Below, piece by piece: positions 53,374 to 64,000 of a stretch of DNA of 64,000 bases (its first letter is position 1; each line of letters starts with the position of its first letter). The stretch is taken from NCBI GenBank assembly GCA_963732575.1, contig CAVTAA010000009.1, positions 10,619 through 74,618 on the forward strand. Direction: 5' to 3'. Source of the stretch: an uncultured Bacteroidales bacterium. GTDB taxonomy: Bacteria > Bacteroidota > Bacteroidia > Bacteroidales > VadinHA17. The position numbers were made by a program, and so were the translations under genes. Below the pieces are notes generated by a model, which was given only the letters and a program-made list of their open reading frames with translations, was not told where the DNA came from and did no database searches.

Positions 53374-54839
53374 TCAGTTCCTCCAGAATGACCTGGTGAA
53401 CAGAGCCAGGACGGTATAATATTTCAAGACGACCAATAATCATCAGCAGGATCATCGTGATTTCGGCAACATCGGGCAAAGCTGAATAATGCCCGTAATT
53501 GCCTGATGCTCCCAGACCCGGTCCCACATTTGTCATCGCAGTGACAGCTAGCACCGGCAGCTTCGCTGAGCAGGAATACCGGTTAAGGCCATGATGAGGA
53601 TGCCACTCAAGGTAATGATCAGGATATAGATGATGAAAACAGCAGCATTCAGGATGTGATATTGTCGGGTACTAATCTTGCCGTTTAGTTTAATGGGTGA
53701 ACAACATTCGGATGCTGAAACCTGACAAGAATACAGATTCAGGTTTTTCAGCGCAAGAAGATGGCGGGACATTTTTATTCCACCGGTTGTTGAGCCGGTA
53801 CAACCACCGGCAAACATAAAGAGAACATGAATGACCCATCCAATTGCCGGCCATGCCATATAATCAGTGGTGGCAAATCCTGTTGCTGGTTATCTGTGCT
53901 ATCACCTGGAAGAACCAATGGCGAAATGAAGTGCGAAATCTCGGTCGGTACCGGTATAGAGGATCACGTAATGACAACAACAACTGCAGCAGTGGTAAAG
54001 AAGACGTAGAACCAGAGCTCGTCATTGTCTTTTATCTTCCTGAATTCTCTCTTGAGCAAGAGGAAGAATCAATATAAACCAAATTCTGGCTGAAAAGAAC
54101 ATAAATATCGCCACCACATACTGCAGATATAAGGTGAAAAATCAGCGAGACTGTTGTTTCGCATAGAAAATCCTCCGGTTGCAACAGTCGCGAAAGTGAT
54201 GGCAGACGCTTTCAAAAGGACCAAGCCCGCCAATCAGCAGAAAGATCCTCCAAGAGTGCATATCACAGGATAAATAAGCAGAATATGTCTAGGCGATGGA
54301 TTTGGTCTTTGGAAGTATCTTCTGTTTGACTGAGGATTCAAGCGAAAAAAGGTTATAGCCTCCTATTTTTAATCTCGGCAGAACAATTATGACAAGCAGA
54401 ATAATACCGAGACCACCGATCCAGTGAGTGAGGCTCCTCCAGAAAAGGATTGATTTAGGAACATTCTCAACTTCTGGAAGTATTGATGCTCCTGTTGTTG
54501 TAAATCCCTGAGTTGATTCAAACCAGGCTTGAGTAAAATCCGGTGATGACACCGCTGAAAAGATAAGGCAGTGTACCGCATAGTGTAATAATTATCCATG
54601 CCAGGGTGACACTCAGATATCCCTCTTTACACGCTGACTTTTTCGTTTATTGAGCTGGGAATGAGAAAATATATCAGAAAGCCTGGTACCAGGGTTAAGG
54701 CTGCAGAACAAACAAAAGGAAGAATTGATAGTCTTCGAATATAAGGGCTACAGGAATGCACAGAATAAAAGCAGGCAGCTACAATGATCAGTATAAGGCT
54801 GACAATCTTGATCAGCGATTTAATGTTTATGTTCGTCAT
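53374..54839 (-). pseudogene. trkH: TrkH/KtrB-family K+ uptake membrane subunit, fragmented by at least 6 frame breaks in 1.47 kb
   Basis: Fragments carry family motifs: FESTQGFTTTGASIL...LFWRSLTHWIGGLGIILL (54289..54552), FMFAGGCTGSTTGGIKMSR (53548..53859), MTNVGPGLG...GRLEIL (53243..53554). The tail TVLALFTRSFWRN-stop is in another frame and ends at 53374. Confidence 0.8.
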
Positions 54840-54864
54840 AGAAAGGCAGGCCTGTCTGGGCAGA

Positions 54865-55794
54865 TTACATCCATTTCTTTCTCCTGATCAGCAGCACTCC
54901 CACGGTGGCCAGGATAGCTGATCCCCCAGAATGAACCAGAATGCATTCATGCTGTTCTCCAGCCTGTTGGGAACATTCATGCCGTAAATACTGGCCACCA
55001 GTGTCGGGATCATCAAAATGATAGTGATTATGGTGAGTGATTTCATCACAATGTTGAGGTTGTTTGAGATGACGGAAGCAAAGGCATCCATCATGCCGCT
55101 CTGGATGTCGCTGTAAATCTTTGCCATCTCGATGGCCTGCCTGTTCTCAATGGTAGCTTCGTCAAGGAGATCGGCCGAGAACTCATAGTCACGTATCCAC
55201 TTTGAGTTCTTCAGCTTGAGCATCATCATCTCATTCGATCTCAGCGAGGTTGTGAAATAGACAAGGCACTTTTCCATCTTCAGCAGCCTGTGCAGCTCCT
55301 GGTTGCGCGTTGATTTTTCCAGATCCTGTTCTATCATGCCGGTCTGGTTGTTGATCTGCTTCAGATACCTGTGGTAGAACATCGTGGTCCTCAGGAAGAG
55401 ATGAAGGATCAGATCGATCTTGTTCTCAATTGTTATCCCCTTTGCCGCTCCGGCTGAAGAAATCGTCAAGCACCTCATTGTTCCTGTGACAGATGATCAC
55501 GAGGTTATCTTTCTCCAGGACTATCCCGAGGGGTATGGTGGTGAACGGAAAACCGTTTGACTGATTCTGATAGGGAATACGGTAAATCATCAGCAGGATA
55601 TCGTCCTCAATCTCCATCCTCGATCTCTCGTCAACGTCAAGTATATCAGCAAGAAAATCATCAGGTACCCTGAGAGTGGATTTAAGTATTCCTATCTCTG
55701 AAGGAGTGGGATCGGTGACGTTGACAATGCAGCCCTTTTCAAATGTGTTTAACGGAAGGAGACCGTTCGGGATCATCTGCCAGTAAGTAATCAT
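54865..55794 (-). CDS. corA: CorA-family Mg2+/Co2+ transporter; at least 2-3 frame breaks
   Basis: YGMN signature (ASIYGMNVPN). The tail VGVLLIRRKKWM-stop is readable in a shifted frame and ends at TAA 54865-54867. I chose the ATG at 55794 (MITYWQ), which is preceded by GAGGAGG. Confidence 0.8.
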
Positions 55795-55977
55795 TATAAT
55801 ACCTCCTCTTTTTAGTTCCACGGAGGTACCTGTCGCCAGATTACCTCAGCAGAAAGAATTTAAAACAGCAGCTCGCGTGATAATCGTCCATAAAAGACAA
55901 TAAAATTGATATGTCTGCAAAAATATAACTTTTATAGATACCGCATCGGAGGTCAGAAAAAAATGTCTTAAAAAAAT

Positions 55978-55985
55978 TAACTTTG
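55978..55985 (+). promoter_or_regulatory. -7 promoter box (TAnnTTTG)
   Basis: taactttg, 24 nt upstream of the ATG at 56009. Confidence 0.4.
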
Positions 55986-56008
55986 TGCATAACCTTTAAA
56001 AAAGAGCG

Positions 56009-57206
56009 ATGGGAAAAGTGTTAGTTATAGGCGCGGGAGGCGTCGGAACAGTCGTGGTTAATACGATGGCACGGCTGCCTGAGGTCTTTAGTGAGATCAT
56101 GCTGGCAAGCCGCACCAAATCAAAGTGTGACGCCATCGCTGAACGCATCGGGAAGAACAGGGTGCAGACTGCACAGGTTGATGCCGACAATGTGCCTGAA
56201 CTGACAGATCTGATCAGATCATACAAACCTGATCTTGTTGTCAATGTTGCCTTGCCTTACCAGGACCTGCATATAATGGATGCATGTCTTGCAGCAGGGG
56301 TTGCATATCTTGATACTGCAAACTATGAGCCGCCCGAAGAAGCTAAATACGCATATTCCTGGCAATGGGCATATAAAGACCGTTACCGTGAAGCAGGGCT
56401 GACTGCCATCCTTGGCTGCGGCTTTGACCCCGGAGTGACCAGCGTCTTCACTGCCCATGCTGCCAAACATCACTTCCGCGAGATACATTATCTTGATATC
56501 GTTGACTGCAATGCAGGCGATCACGGAAAACCCTTCGCTACCAATTTCAATCCTGAGATCAATATCCGGGAGGTGACCCAGAAGGGCAAATACTGGGAGA
56601 ATGGCAAATGGGTGACGACAGAACCGCACGAGATACACAAACCCCTTACTTACCCGGGGATCGGTCCCAAAGAATCTTACCTTATCTATCATGAGGAACT
56701 GGAGTCTGCTCGTCAAAAACTTCCCCACCATCAGGCGGGCCCGTTTCTGGATGACATTCGGCCAGGAATACCTGACCCACCTGAGGGTGATACAGAATAT
56801 CGGTATGGCACGGATAGACCCGGTGATGTATAACGGCGTTGAAATAATCCCCATTCAGTTCCTTAAGGCTGTCCTGCCCAACCCCGGTGATCTTGGAGAG
56901 AACTATAAAGGCTGGACCTCAATCGGATGCCGCATTAAAGGCATAACAAAGGAAGGAACGGAAAGGACATATTATATCTGGAACAATTGCAGCCATGAAG
57001 AGGCATACAGGGAGACCGGTACGCAGGCGGTGAGCTTTACCACCGGAGTGCCTGCAGCCATAGGCGCCATGATGTACATGAAAGGACTCTGGAAGAACCC
57101 GGGTGTCTGGAACGTCGAGCAGTTTGACCCTGACCCGTTCATGACAGAGCTCAACAGACTCGGCCTGCCGTGGCATGAGAAATTCGACATTGATCTCGAG
57201 TTGTGA
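56009..57206 (+). CDS. Carboxynorspermidine/carboxyspermidine dehydrogenase (saccharopine dehydrogenase family); one frame break near 56706-56710
   Basis: VLVIGAGGVGTVV Rossmann N-terminus, GCGFDPGVTSVF, FNPEINIREV. The pieces join as YHEELES/LVKNFPTIRRARFWMTFG. Confidence 0.8.
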
Positions 57207-57207
57207 T

Positions 57208-58343
57208 ATGATTGATTACCAGACTATTCCGTCACCATGTTATGTCATTGACGAAGAGCGGCTACGCCGCAACCTGGAGTTGATAAGAAATGTGTCACAG
57301 GCTTCGGGAGCCGAGATTATCCTTGCTTTCAAGGGCTTTGCCATGTGGTCTGTTTTCCCCGTTGTGCGTGAGTATGTCTCCGGAGCAGCGGCAAGCTCCA
57401 TCCATGAAGCCCGTCTCTGCTTTGAGGAGATGGGCGTGCCGGCACATACTTACGCTCCTGCTTTCCGCAGTGAGGAGTTCGGTATGATACTGCGTTACAG
57501 TTCGCACGTCACTTTCAACTCGCTTGCACAGTATGAGAAATTCGCACCTGTGCTGAGGCAGGAGGGGAAACATATCTCTGCCGGGCTGCGGATAAACCCG
57601 CAGTACTCAGAGATAGCACAGGGTCTTTACAATCCTTGTTCACCGGGCTCACGCCTGGGTGTGACAGCCGCTGAGCTTGAAGAAGGATTACCGGAGGGAG
57701 TGGAGGGACTGCATTTTCATGTGCTCTTTGAATCTGATTCATTTGTTCTTGAGAAAGTCCTGGAAGTGATTGAAACTAAATTCGGACACCTGCTTCCCCG
57801 GCTTAAGTGGCTGAATATGGGAGGCGGGCACCTGATGACCCGCAAGGGCTATGACACGGAGCATCTGATAAATCTGCTTCGCAGGTTCAGGGAGAAGCAC
57901 GACATCCATATCATCCTTGAACCCGGGAGCGCCTTTGCCTGGGAGACAGGTGAACTGGTCTCTACAGTTGAGGATATCGTTGTACGTGACGGGATCAGGA
58001 CAGCTATCCTTGACGTGTCATTCACCGCTCACATGCCTGACTGCCTCGAGATGCCCTATAAACCGGTCATTTTGGGCGCTTTTGAGCCAGCGGAAGGGAA
58101 GCCGACTACCGCATGGGAGGCAACTCATGCCTTTCCGGTGATTTCATGGGCGACTGGTCTTTTCACCGTGACCTGGAGAGAGGCGACCGGATAGTCTTCT
58201 GGGACATGATCCATTACACAATGGTAAAGACAACAACCTTCAACGGTGTTCCTCATCCTTCAATAGGCATATGGACCACGGATCAGAAATTCAGGCCCGT
58301 CAGGGAGTTCGGTTATAAAGATTACCGTGACAGGTTGTCCTGA
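57208..58343 (+). CDS. nspC: Carboxynorspermidine/carboxyspermidine decarboxylase; one frame break near 58095-58110
   Basis: IPSPCYVIDE, ILAFKGFAMW, GGNSCLSGDFMGDWSF, MIHYTMVKTTTFNGV. Starts 1 nt after the upstream stop. Confidence 0.8.
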
Positions 58344-58364
58344 CAGTTCAACAGACCCGGTGCA

Positions 58365-58397
58365 ACAAAAAAAGCGGATTTCTCCGCTTGTTTTGTT
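58365..58397 (+). terminator. Rho-independent terminator after nspC
   Basis: a7-GCGGAtttcTCCGC-ttgttttgtt. Confidence 0.7.
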
Positions 58398-58418
58398 AAA
58401 TTAAAATTGAGTTGACTT

Positions 58419-58928
58419 CTAAAAAGCATAGCCGATAGCAAGGGTTGCGGTCGGTAAAAATCCGCTATCTCCCTCAAGATCAGCATCATCGCTATTTACA
58501 AATGTATACATCGGCCCGATACCGAGATCCAGGACAAAACCGCTTTCCCACACCCACTGGTAGCCCAGCTCGGCTCCGATGCCAATGGTGCTGCCACTTG
58601 TCGCTACGTCATTATCGTCATAAACGCTGCCAAATGACAATGCTGCCTGGGGGTTGACGTAAAATCCGCCCGGCACAGGTTTTTTGGCGTGGGTGATATA
58701 ATAGCGATAACCAAGACCTACCCCTCCCATGTTCACTTTTACTCCCAGGAACCTGTACATATACTGTCCCCTGAAAAGAATGGAGGAGCTCGTGCCCAGC
58801 ACCCTTTCATAAGTAGCATTGAAGTTTCCGAAAGCCAGACCCAGAGGATTGGTTTTTAACACGTTGGTCTGTGCATTTAAACTAAATGCAAAGCCTACAA
58901 ACACCAAAGAAATGATCAGTTTTTTCAT
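58419..58928 (-). CDS. Small outer-membrane beta-barrel (porin-family) protein
   Basis: 169 aa. Signal peptide, alternating aromatic/Gly beta-strand pattern, C-terminal ...LAIGYAF. Confidence 0.7.
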   Translation of the reverse strand: MKKLIISLVFVGFAFSLNAQTNVLKTNPLGLAFGNFNATYERVLGTSSSILFRGQYMYRFLGVKVNMGGVGLGYRYYITHAKKPVPGGFYVNPQAALSFGSVYDDNDVATSGSTIGIGAELGYQWVWESGFVLDLGIGPMYTFVNSDDADLEGDSGFLPTATLAIGYAF

Positions 58929-58958
58929 GGGCGATTAATTTTAGGTTATAATTAATAA

Positions 58959-58966
58959 CAAATATA
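58959..58966 (-). promoter_or_regulatory. -7 promoter box (TAnnTTTG)
   Basis: The minus strand reads tatatttg, 31 nt upstream of the ATG at 58928. Confidence 0.4.
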
Positions 58967-59025
58967 AACTATAAACGAATAATCTAATAAAAAGTTTTCT
59001 GATGGTCGATTTCCATTACGGATCC

Positions 59026-60225
59026 TTATTCATGAATTGCCCCTGACCCCAGCAGCTCGTCACCGTCATACCAGGCTGCGAACTGGCCCGGGGTGATGCC
59101 GCGCTGTTGTTTGTCAAAGATGACATAATAACCATCCGCACGGGCGAAGAGACGTGCCCGCTGGAGCGGCTGCCGGTATCTTATCCTGACAAGGTAATCC
59201 CGCACATCGCCTTCGGCCATGGCCAGATCAGGCCTTATCCAGTGTACATCTGCAGCCCTGATGAACAGGCCTTTACGGTGGAGTCCGCCGTGCAACTGTC
59301 CCTCACCGACATATACAATGTTACTTTCAGTATCTGTACTGAGTACAAAGAGAGGCTCTTTGTACCCTCCGATATTCAGTCCCTTCCGCTGCCCGACGGT
59401 GTAGAAATGCGCCCCGCTGTGCTTCCCAATGGTAAGGCCGTTGCCCTGATCCATCTTGTGCGGCGCGGTCATAGAGGCCAGTGTGGAAGCCGGCGTGTCT
59501 TCCCCGGGCAGACCGTCAGGCCACATCGTGAAGGAACTGTCGGGCGGAATGATGATGATTCTTCCTTTTTTTGCTGCAAGCTGCTGCTGGAGGAAGACAG
59601 GCAGATCTACTTTTCCAACGAAACAGATACCCTGGGAATCCTTGCGGGTTGCCGTGGCAAGATTAAGATCCACAGCTATCTTCCGCACCTCAGGCTTGGT
59701 GAGTGCCCCCAGCGGAAACAGGACATTTTCAAGCTGCCCCTGGCTCACCTGGCACAGGAAATAACTCTGATCCTTGTTGCGGTCGAGACCAGCCAGCAGG
59801 CGGGTTACGCGCCTGCCTGAGACTTCTGTAACATCTGCCCGGCAGTAGTGGCCTGTGGCTATATGATCAGCGCCGTCCTTCAACGCTTCACGCACGAATG
59901 AATCAAACTTTATCTCGCGGTTGCAAAGGACATCAGGATTGGGTGTCCGGCCGCGGGAATATTCACTGAACATGTAATCGACGACCCTTGTACGGTATTC
60001 GGCGCTGAGATCGACAGTCCGGAGCTTTATGTGCAGCTTTTTTGCCACCATTTCAGCATAGGTGACATCCTCGTCAAATGGACAATCACCCTTAAGAAGG
60101 CCGCGGCTGTCGTGCCAGTTGATCATAAAGATCCCCTCAACCTCATAGCCCTGTTCCTTCAGGAGCCATGCGGCAACGCTGGAGTCAACGCCTCCCGACA
60201 GACCGACAACGACCTTTTTTTTCAC
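59026..60225 (-). CDS. mnmA: tRNA 2-thiouridine(34) synthase
   Basis: 399 aa. PP-loop VGLSGGVDSSVAA, conserved Cys residues. GTG start. Confidence 0.9.
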   Translation of the reverse strand: MKKKVVVGLSGGVDSSVAAWLLKEQGYEVEGIFMINWHDSRGLLKGDCPFDEDVTYAEMVAKKLHIKLRTVDLSAEYRTRVVDYMFSEYSRGRTPNPDVLCNREIKFDSFVREALKDGADHIATGHYCRADVTEVSGRRVTRLLAGLDRNKDQSYFLCQVSQGQLENVLFPLGALTKPEVRKIAVDLNLATATRKDSQGICFVGKVDLPVFLQQQLAAKKGRIIIIPPDSSFTMWPDGLPGEDTPASTLASMTAPHKMDQGNGLTIGKHSGAHFYTVGQRKGLNIGGYKEPLFVLSTDTESNIVYVGEGQLHGGLHRKGLFIRAADVHWIRPDLAMAEGDVRDYLVRIRYRQPLQRARLFARADGYYVIFDKQQRGITPGQFAAWYDGDELLGSGAIHE

Positions 60226-60312
60226 GCCACAAAGGTAGCTCTAAACTCAATATGTTGAAAACTACTTCATAGGCCAGATCAGATCTTGTTTTTTTTTAGT
60301 ATTTTTCAGAAT

Positions 60313-63300
60313 ATGGGTGCTTCTGGTAAGTTATTGAGATACAGTGCATCGGCGGGGTCAGGCAAGACCCACGCCCTGACGGGCTTTTATCTTTCGCGTG
60401 TTCTCACTGACCCGGGGTCATACCGCCGCATCCTTGCGGTCACATTCACCAACAGTGCAGCCGCAGAGATGAAGAGCCGCATCCTCTCACGGCTTGGTGC
60501 CCTGGGCTCAGATAAGGCAGGTGATGAGGCTGAGAGGAATGAGTTTGTAGGATACCTGTGCAAATTCTTCCCCGATCTGTATCCTGATCCGGTGCAGGCA
60601 ATGCTGACAGTAAGGAAGAATGCCCCACTGGCTCTGAGGAATATACTTCAGGATTATTCACGTTTCACCGTTGGTACAATCGACTCGTTCTTCCAGAGAG
60701 TGATACGCGCCTTCGCGCGTGAAATTGAGGTACCTGCCGGCTATGAGATAGAGCTCGAGCATGAAGCTCTATTATCGGATGCCGTCGACGGCCTTCTTGC
60801 GGAGGTAGCCACCGATCCCAGGCTAAGGAGATGGATCTCATCATACGTCGCTTCGCGTCTCGATGACAACAAGGGCTGGGACGTACGCCGCGAAATAATG
60901 GAGGTGGCTGAGCTGATTTTCGGCGAGAATTTCAGACAGCTGAGTCCTGCCGATAAAAAAGCCATCAGCAACTATGAGATTCTTAATGATTATACAGAAA
61001 AGATTTTCAGGATTAAGAAGGGATTTGAATCTGAACTCAGGTCGCTGGCAGCAACAGGAGTGACCATATACGAGGGTTGCGGCCTGACCCCTGACGACTT
61101 CCTCTCTAAAAGCAAGGGAGGGGTCGGTGAGATGCTCAGGAGATATGCCGACGGAGTTATTAAACCCCCCAACAGCGCCTGGCAGAAAGCAGCAACAGAA
61201 GAGAAGTACCTGTCAGGAGGAGCGCCGCAGCATGTGGTGAAGGCTCTTCAAAACGCAATGAGCAAAGGCCTGGGCGATGTAATTGCTTCCATCTCTTCGA
61301 TGTTCGAAAAGCGATACCCACTCTATGTCTCAGCTGTTGTTCAGGTCAGAACCATTCATATAATGGGTATTCTGGGGGCCATAAGCGAAAGAGTACGCAC
61401 ACTGGCACAGGATGAAAACATCTTCCTGCTTTCGGACTCAGGTGAGCTGATAAACAAGCTGATAGCCGATGACGATACTCCTTTTATCTATGAAAAGATC
61501 GGCACAGCCTATGATCATTATGTTATTGACGAATTCCAGGATACTTCCCAGATACAATGGAACAATTTCAGGCCACTTATTTCGGAGACCCTTGCACGGG
61601 GCAAGGACAATCTCGTGGTTGGTGACGTCAAGCAGTCTATTTACCGCTGGCGCAACAGCGACTGGCGAATTATTCACTCGGAGGTGAACAGTACCTTCGG
61701 CCATGAGATGGTAAGAACGATTCCCCTGAGCAATAACTACCGCAGCCGGAAAAACATCATCAGATTCAATAACCTGATGTTTGCACCGGAAGCAATACCG
61801 TCGATTTGTGATGCAAAGCTGAACTCTGACAGGCTAAAGATCAGAGAGATATATACCGGATCAATTCAGGATGGGACTGACGGAAAACCGGGAGGCTTTG
61901 TAAAAGTATCACTGTACAGAAAATCAGAAGATGAAGGCTGGAGGGACAAGGTATTGAATGATATTCCATCTCTCGTCGAAAAGCTTCAGGATCAAGGGTA
62001 TAAGGCGAACGATATACTGTTTCTCTGCCGCACCAACGATGAAGGCAAGAGCATTATCAACACCATACTCGAGCACAGTGCGTTATGTCCGCCGGAGAAA
62101 CTTGCCAGGTATAACTTCGAAGTAACCTCGGGTGAATCGCTCTATCTTGAACGCAATCCGGCTGTCACACTTCTTCTTTCGTGCCTTCGCTATCTTGTTG
62201 ACCCGGGCAGCCGTATCAACAGGAGCCTGATGGTAAGGTCATTTATACTTGCAACGGGAGGCGATGAAGAGCTCTTATATGCTGCTGACAATAAGGTTAT
62301 TACTGACAATCCATTACCGGAGGGATGGGAAGAGGCGCTGGTCAGGTTCAGGAACGCATCACTGTTCAGTGCTACTGAAAACATGATCCGTTACTTCGGT
62401 CTTGGAAGTCACAGGGAGAATGTGGCCTACCTAAGCTCCTTCCAGGATCTTGTTCTACAATACTCGGGCAGGTACAGCTCAGATATCTCTTCTTTTGTAT
62501 CATGGTGGGAGGGTGACGGTTACAAGAGCACCCTCGGTCAGTCGGACTGCCAGGAGGCTATGCGGGTGATGACGGTTCACAAAGCCAAGGGTCTCCAGAG
62601 CAGTGTGGTGATCGTACCATTCGTATCGTGGGACTTTTCAAAACGCGGTTTCAGCCGCCCTCTTTTATGGGTCTCTGATGTCCCGGATGTTTTTGCCCCT
62701 ATGCCTGTTGTGCTGCCTGAACTAACCAGCCGACTTGATGATTCTCTCTTTGCTGACCAGGCAAAGTTTGAGAAGGCGTCGGAGTGGCTTGACAGCGTTA
62801 ATCTTATGTATGTTGCTTTTACAAGAGCCATTGACGCACTTTATATAATGGCTCCCGAGGTCATTCGCCCGCCTGCCGGCGGCGGCAATGCCGGGAGTCT
62901 TTTCAACGAAGCCCTCAGGGGTCTGCCTGATGATTTTGTCTGGCAGGAGAACGAGGCAGTCAGGCACTTCAGTTACGGTGAGCTGCCTGCAGCACCCGTT
63001 AGCAGGGAGGAAGATGCCATGATAATGGAAGAATATACTGTCTCCGGGCTTCGCGGCACCATGAGGCTGAGGACTGGCGGCGCCCTCCCGCCCGACGAGA
63101 TGAAGCTTGCCGAACCAGGCGGAAGAGCATATGGCATCATGATGCATGAGCTGCTGAGCAGGGTGACAACAACAGCCGATATCGACAGTGCAATCGATCA
63201 TGTGTGTGGCAAAGGACTTCTTCCGTTGTCACAGAAAGAGATGATAACCTCACGTGTAAATTCGATGTTATCATCAGGCAAGGCAAAGGAGTGGTTCGAC

Positions 63301-63542
63301 GGCTCTTCGGCCGTGAAGACCGAGGCCACCATTATATTGCCCTCGGGCGCCGCCCGCCGCCCTGACAGGGTGATGATGAAAGACAAAAGCGTCACCGTGG
63401 TGGATTATAAATTCGGGGAGCCCTCTGACCGTCACCGGCGTCAGGCCGCAGGCTACCGTGACCTTGCTGTGTGCAGATGGGATATGATGATGTGAAGTCG
63501 TGGCTGTGGTATGTTGAAAAGGATATTATCGAAGAGGCATGA
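60313..63542 (+). CDS. UvrD/AddA(RecB)-like helicase with C-terminal PD-(D/E)XK nuclease domain; frame break near 63465
   Basis: Walker A SASAGSGKTHALT, VIDEFQDTSQIQW, VMTVHKAKGLQ, nuclease motif RPDRV...VVDYKFGE. The tail MGYDDVKSWLWYVEKDIIEEA-stop is readable in a shifted frame and ends at TGA 63540-63542. Confidence 0.75.
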
Positions 63543-64000
63543 CCGGACCGGAAACACACAAGCGGGAGACGGGCAGAAGGTATAACTCATATACTGACTG
63601 GTTCAACAAACTCTTCGGGAAAAGGGTTCAGAAGGTAAGTATCAATGCCGGCTTCACCTGTCCCAACCGCGACGGTACCCTGGGCTCCGGCGGTTGCACC
63701 TACTGCAACAATGAAGCATTCATCCCCGCCTACTGCACTCCGGACATCAGCGTGACCGAACAACTGAAAAAAGGAATCGAGTTCCACCACAGGCGGTACC
63801 GGCGTGCTGAAAACTTTCTGGCATATTTTCAGGCTTATACAAATACATATGCAGCCATTGAGCGGCTGAAGGCTTTGTATGATGAGGCCCTGAGCTACCC
63901 CGGTATCCTGGGTATAGTCATAGGCACAAGGCCTGACTGTATCAGCAGCAGTATGCTCGATTATCTTGCTGAGATATCACGCGATTATTTTGTCATAGTT
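63539..64000 (+). CDS. TIGR01212-family radical SAM protein, partial; runs off the right window edge
   Basis: Not in the ORF track (open at the edge). My translation from the ATG at 63539 (ATGA overlap with the upstream stop) gives ...VSINAGFTCPNRDGTLGSGGCTYCNNEAFIP...LAYFQAYTNTY...GIVIGTRPDC. Confidence 0.75.
   Translation, partial: MTGPETHKRETGRRYNSYTDWFNKLFGKRVQKVSINAGFTCPNRDGTLGSGGCTYCNNEAFIPAYCTPDISVTEQLKKGIEFHHRRYRRAENFLAYFQAYTNTYAAIERLKALYDEALSYPGILGIVIGTRPDCISSSMLDYLAEISRDYFVIV

Noticed and set aside
60226-60237. TAnnTTTG box (minus strand tacctttg) only 4 nt upstream of the mnmA GTG start, implying a leaderless mRNA
   Set aside because: A leaderless transcript with a GTG start is unlikely. 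A single 8-mer match may be coincidental, so I did not list it as a promoter.
60313-63542. Helicase-nuclease as a defence-system component
   Set aside because: The motif set and size fit the housekeeping AddA/RecB-like helicase-nuclease of Bacteroidota. Its neighbours (mnmA and a radical SAM TIGR01212 gene) are housekeeping genes, and there is no methylase, ATPase or effector partner. An AddB-like partner is also not adjacent, and this remains unexplained.
1-64000. Programmed ribosomal frameshifting or an alternative genetic code as the cause of the split genes
   Set aside because: There is no common slippery motif at the junctions, and both +1 and -1 shifts occur. All three stop codons terminate intact genes normally, and compensating shift pairs occur within short distances.

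Overview
A densely coding (about 93%) chromosomal housekeeping segment from what looks like a Bacteroidota genome. The phylum call rests on TAnnTTTG -7 promoter boxes before many genes and on the gene set: RseC-Rnf, a guaB/SurA-like/OstA-like envelope operon, recQ-DUF5063-exonuclease-rlmI-tex, thrS-infC-rpmI-rplT, lysC-lysA, and carboxynorspermidine pathway genes. I can support about 50 protein genes, two tandem tRNA-Leu genes, several rho-independent terminators and a set of short-period intergenic repeats. I see no transposase, integrase, phage, CRISPR, toxin-antitoxin or recognisable defence module, and no unexplained gap longer than about 230 bp. I therefore do not claim a novel multi-gene system here. 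Points worth a second look: (1) roughly 40 frameshift interruptions break at least 20 conserved genes. They are strongly clustered at 24.5-29.8 kb and 47.0-58.3 kb, while 29.8-47.0 kb (17 genes) has none. This is most likely patchy consensus quality, with local gene decay as the alternative. (2) A 119-bp degenerate tandem duplication splits a SAM-methyltransferase gene. (3) Intergenic elements built from 7-10 nt units in tandem or inverted arrays sit at gene 3' ends and before both tRNAs. (4) A peptidoglycan-salvage locus contains an AmgK-type kinase that appears fused to a RapZ C-terminal-like domain. (5) A secreted tandem-domain protein runs in frame into an isoaspartyl peptidase. (6) infC has no canonical start codon available. 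All product calls come from my own motif recognition on the translated ORFs; no database search was run.
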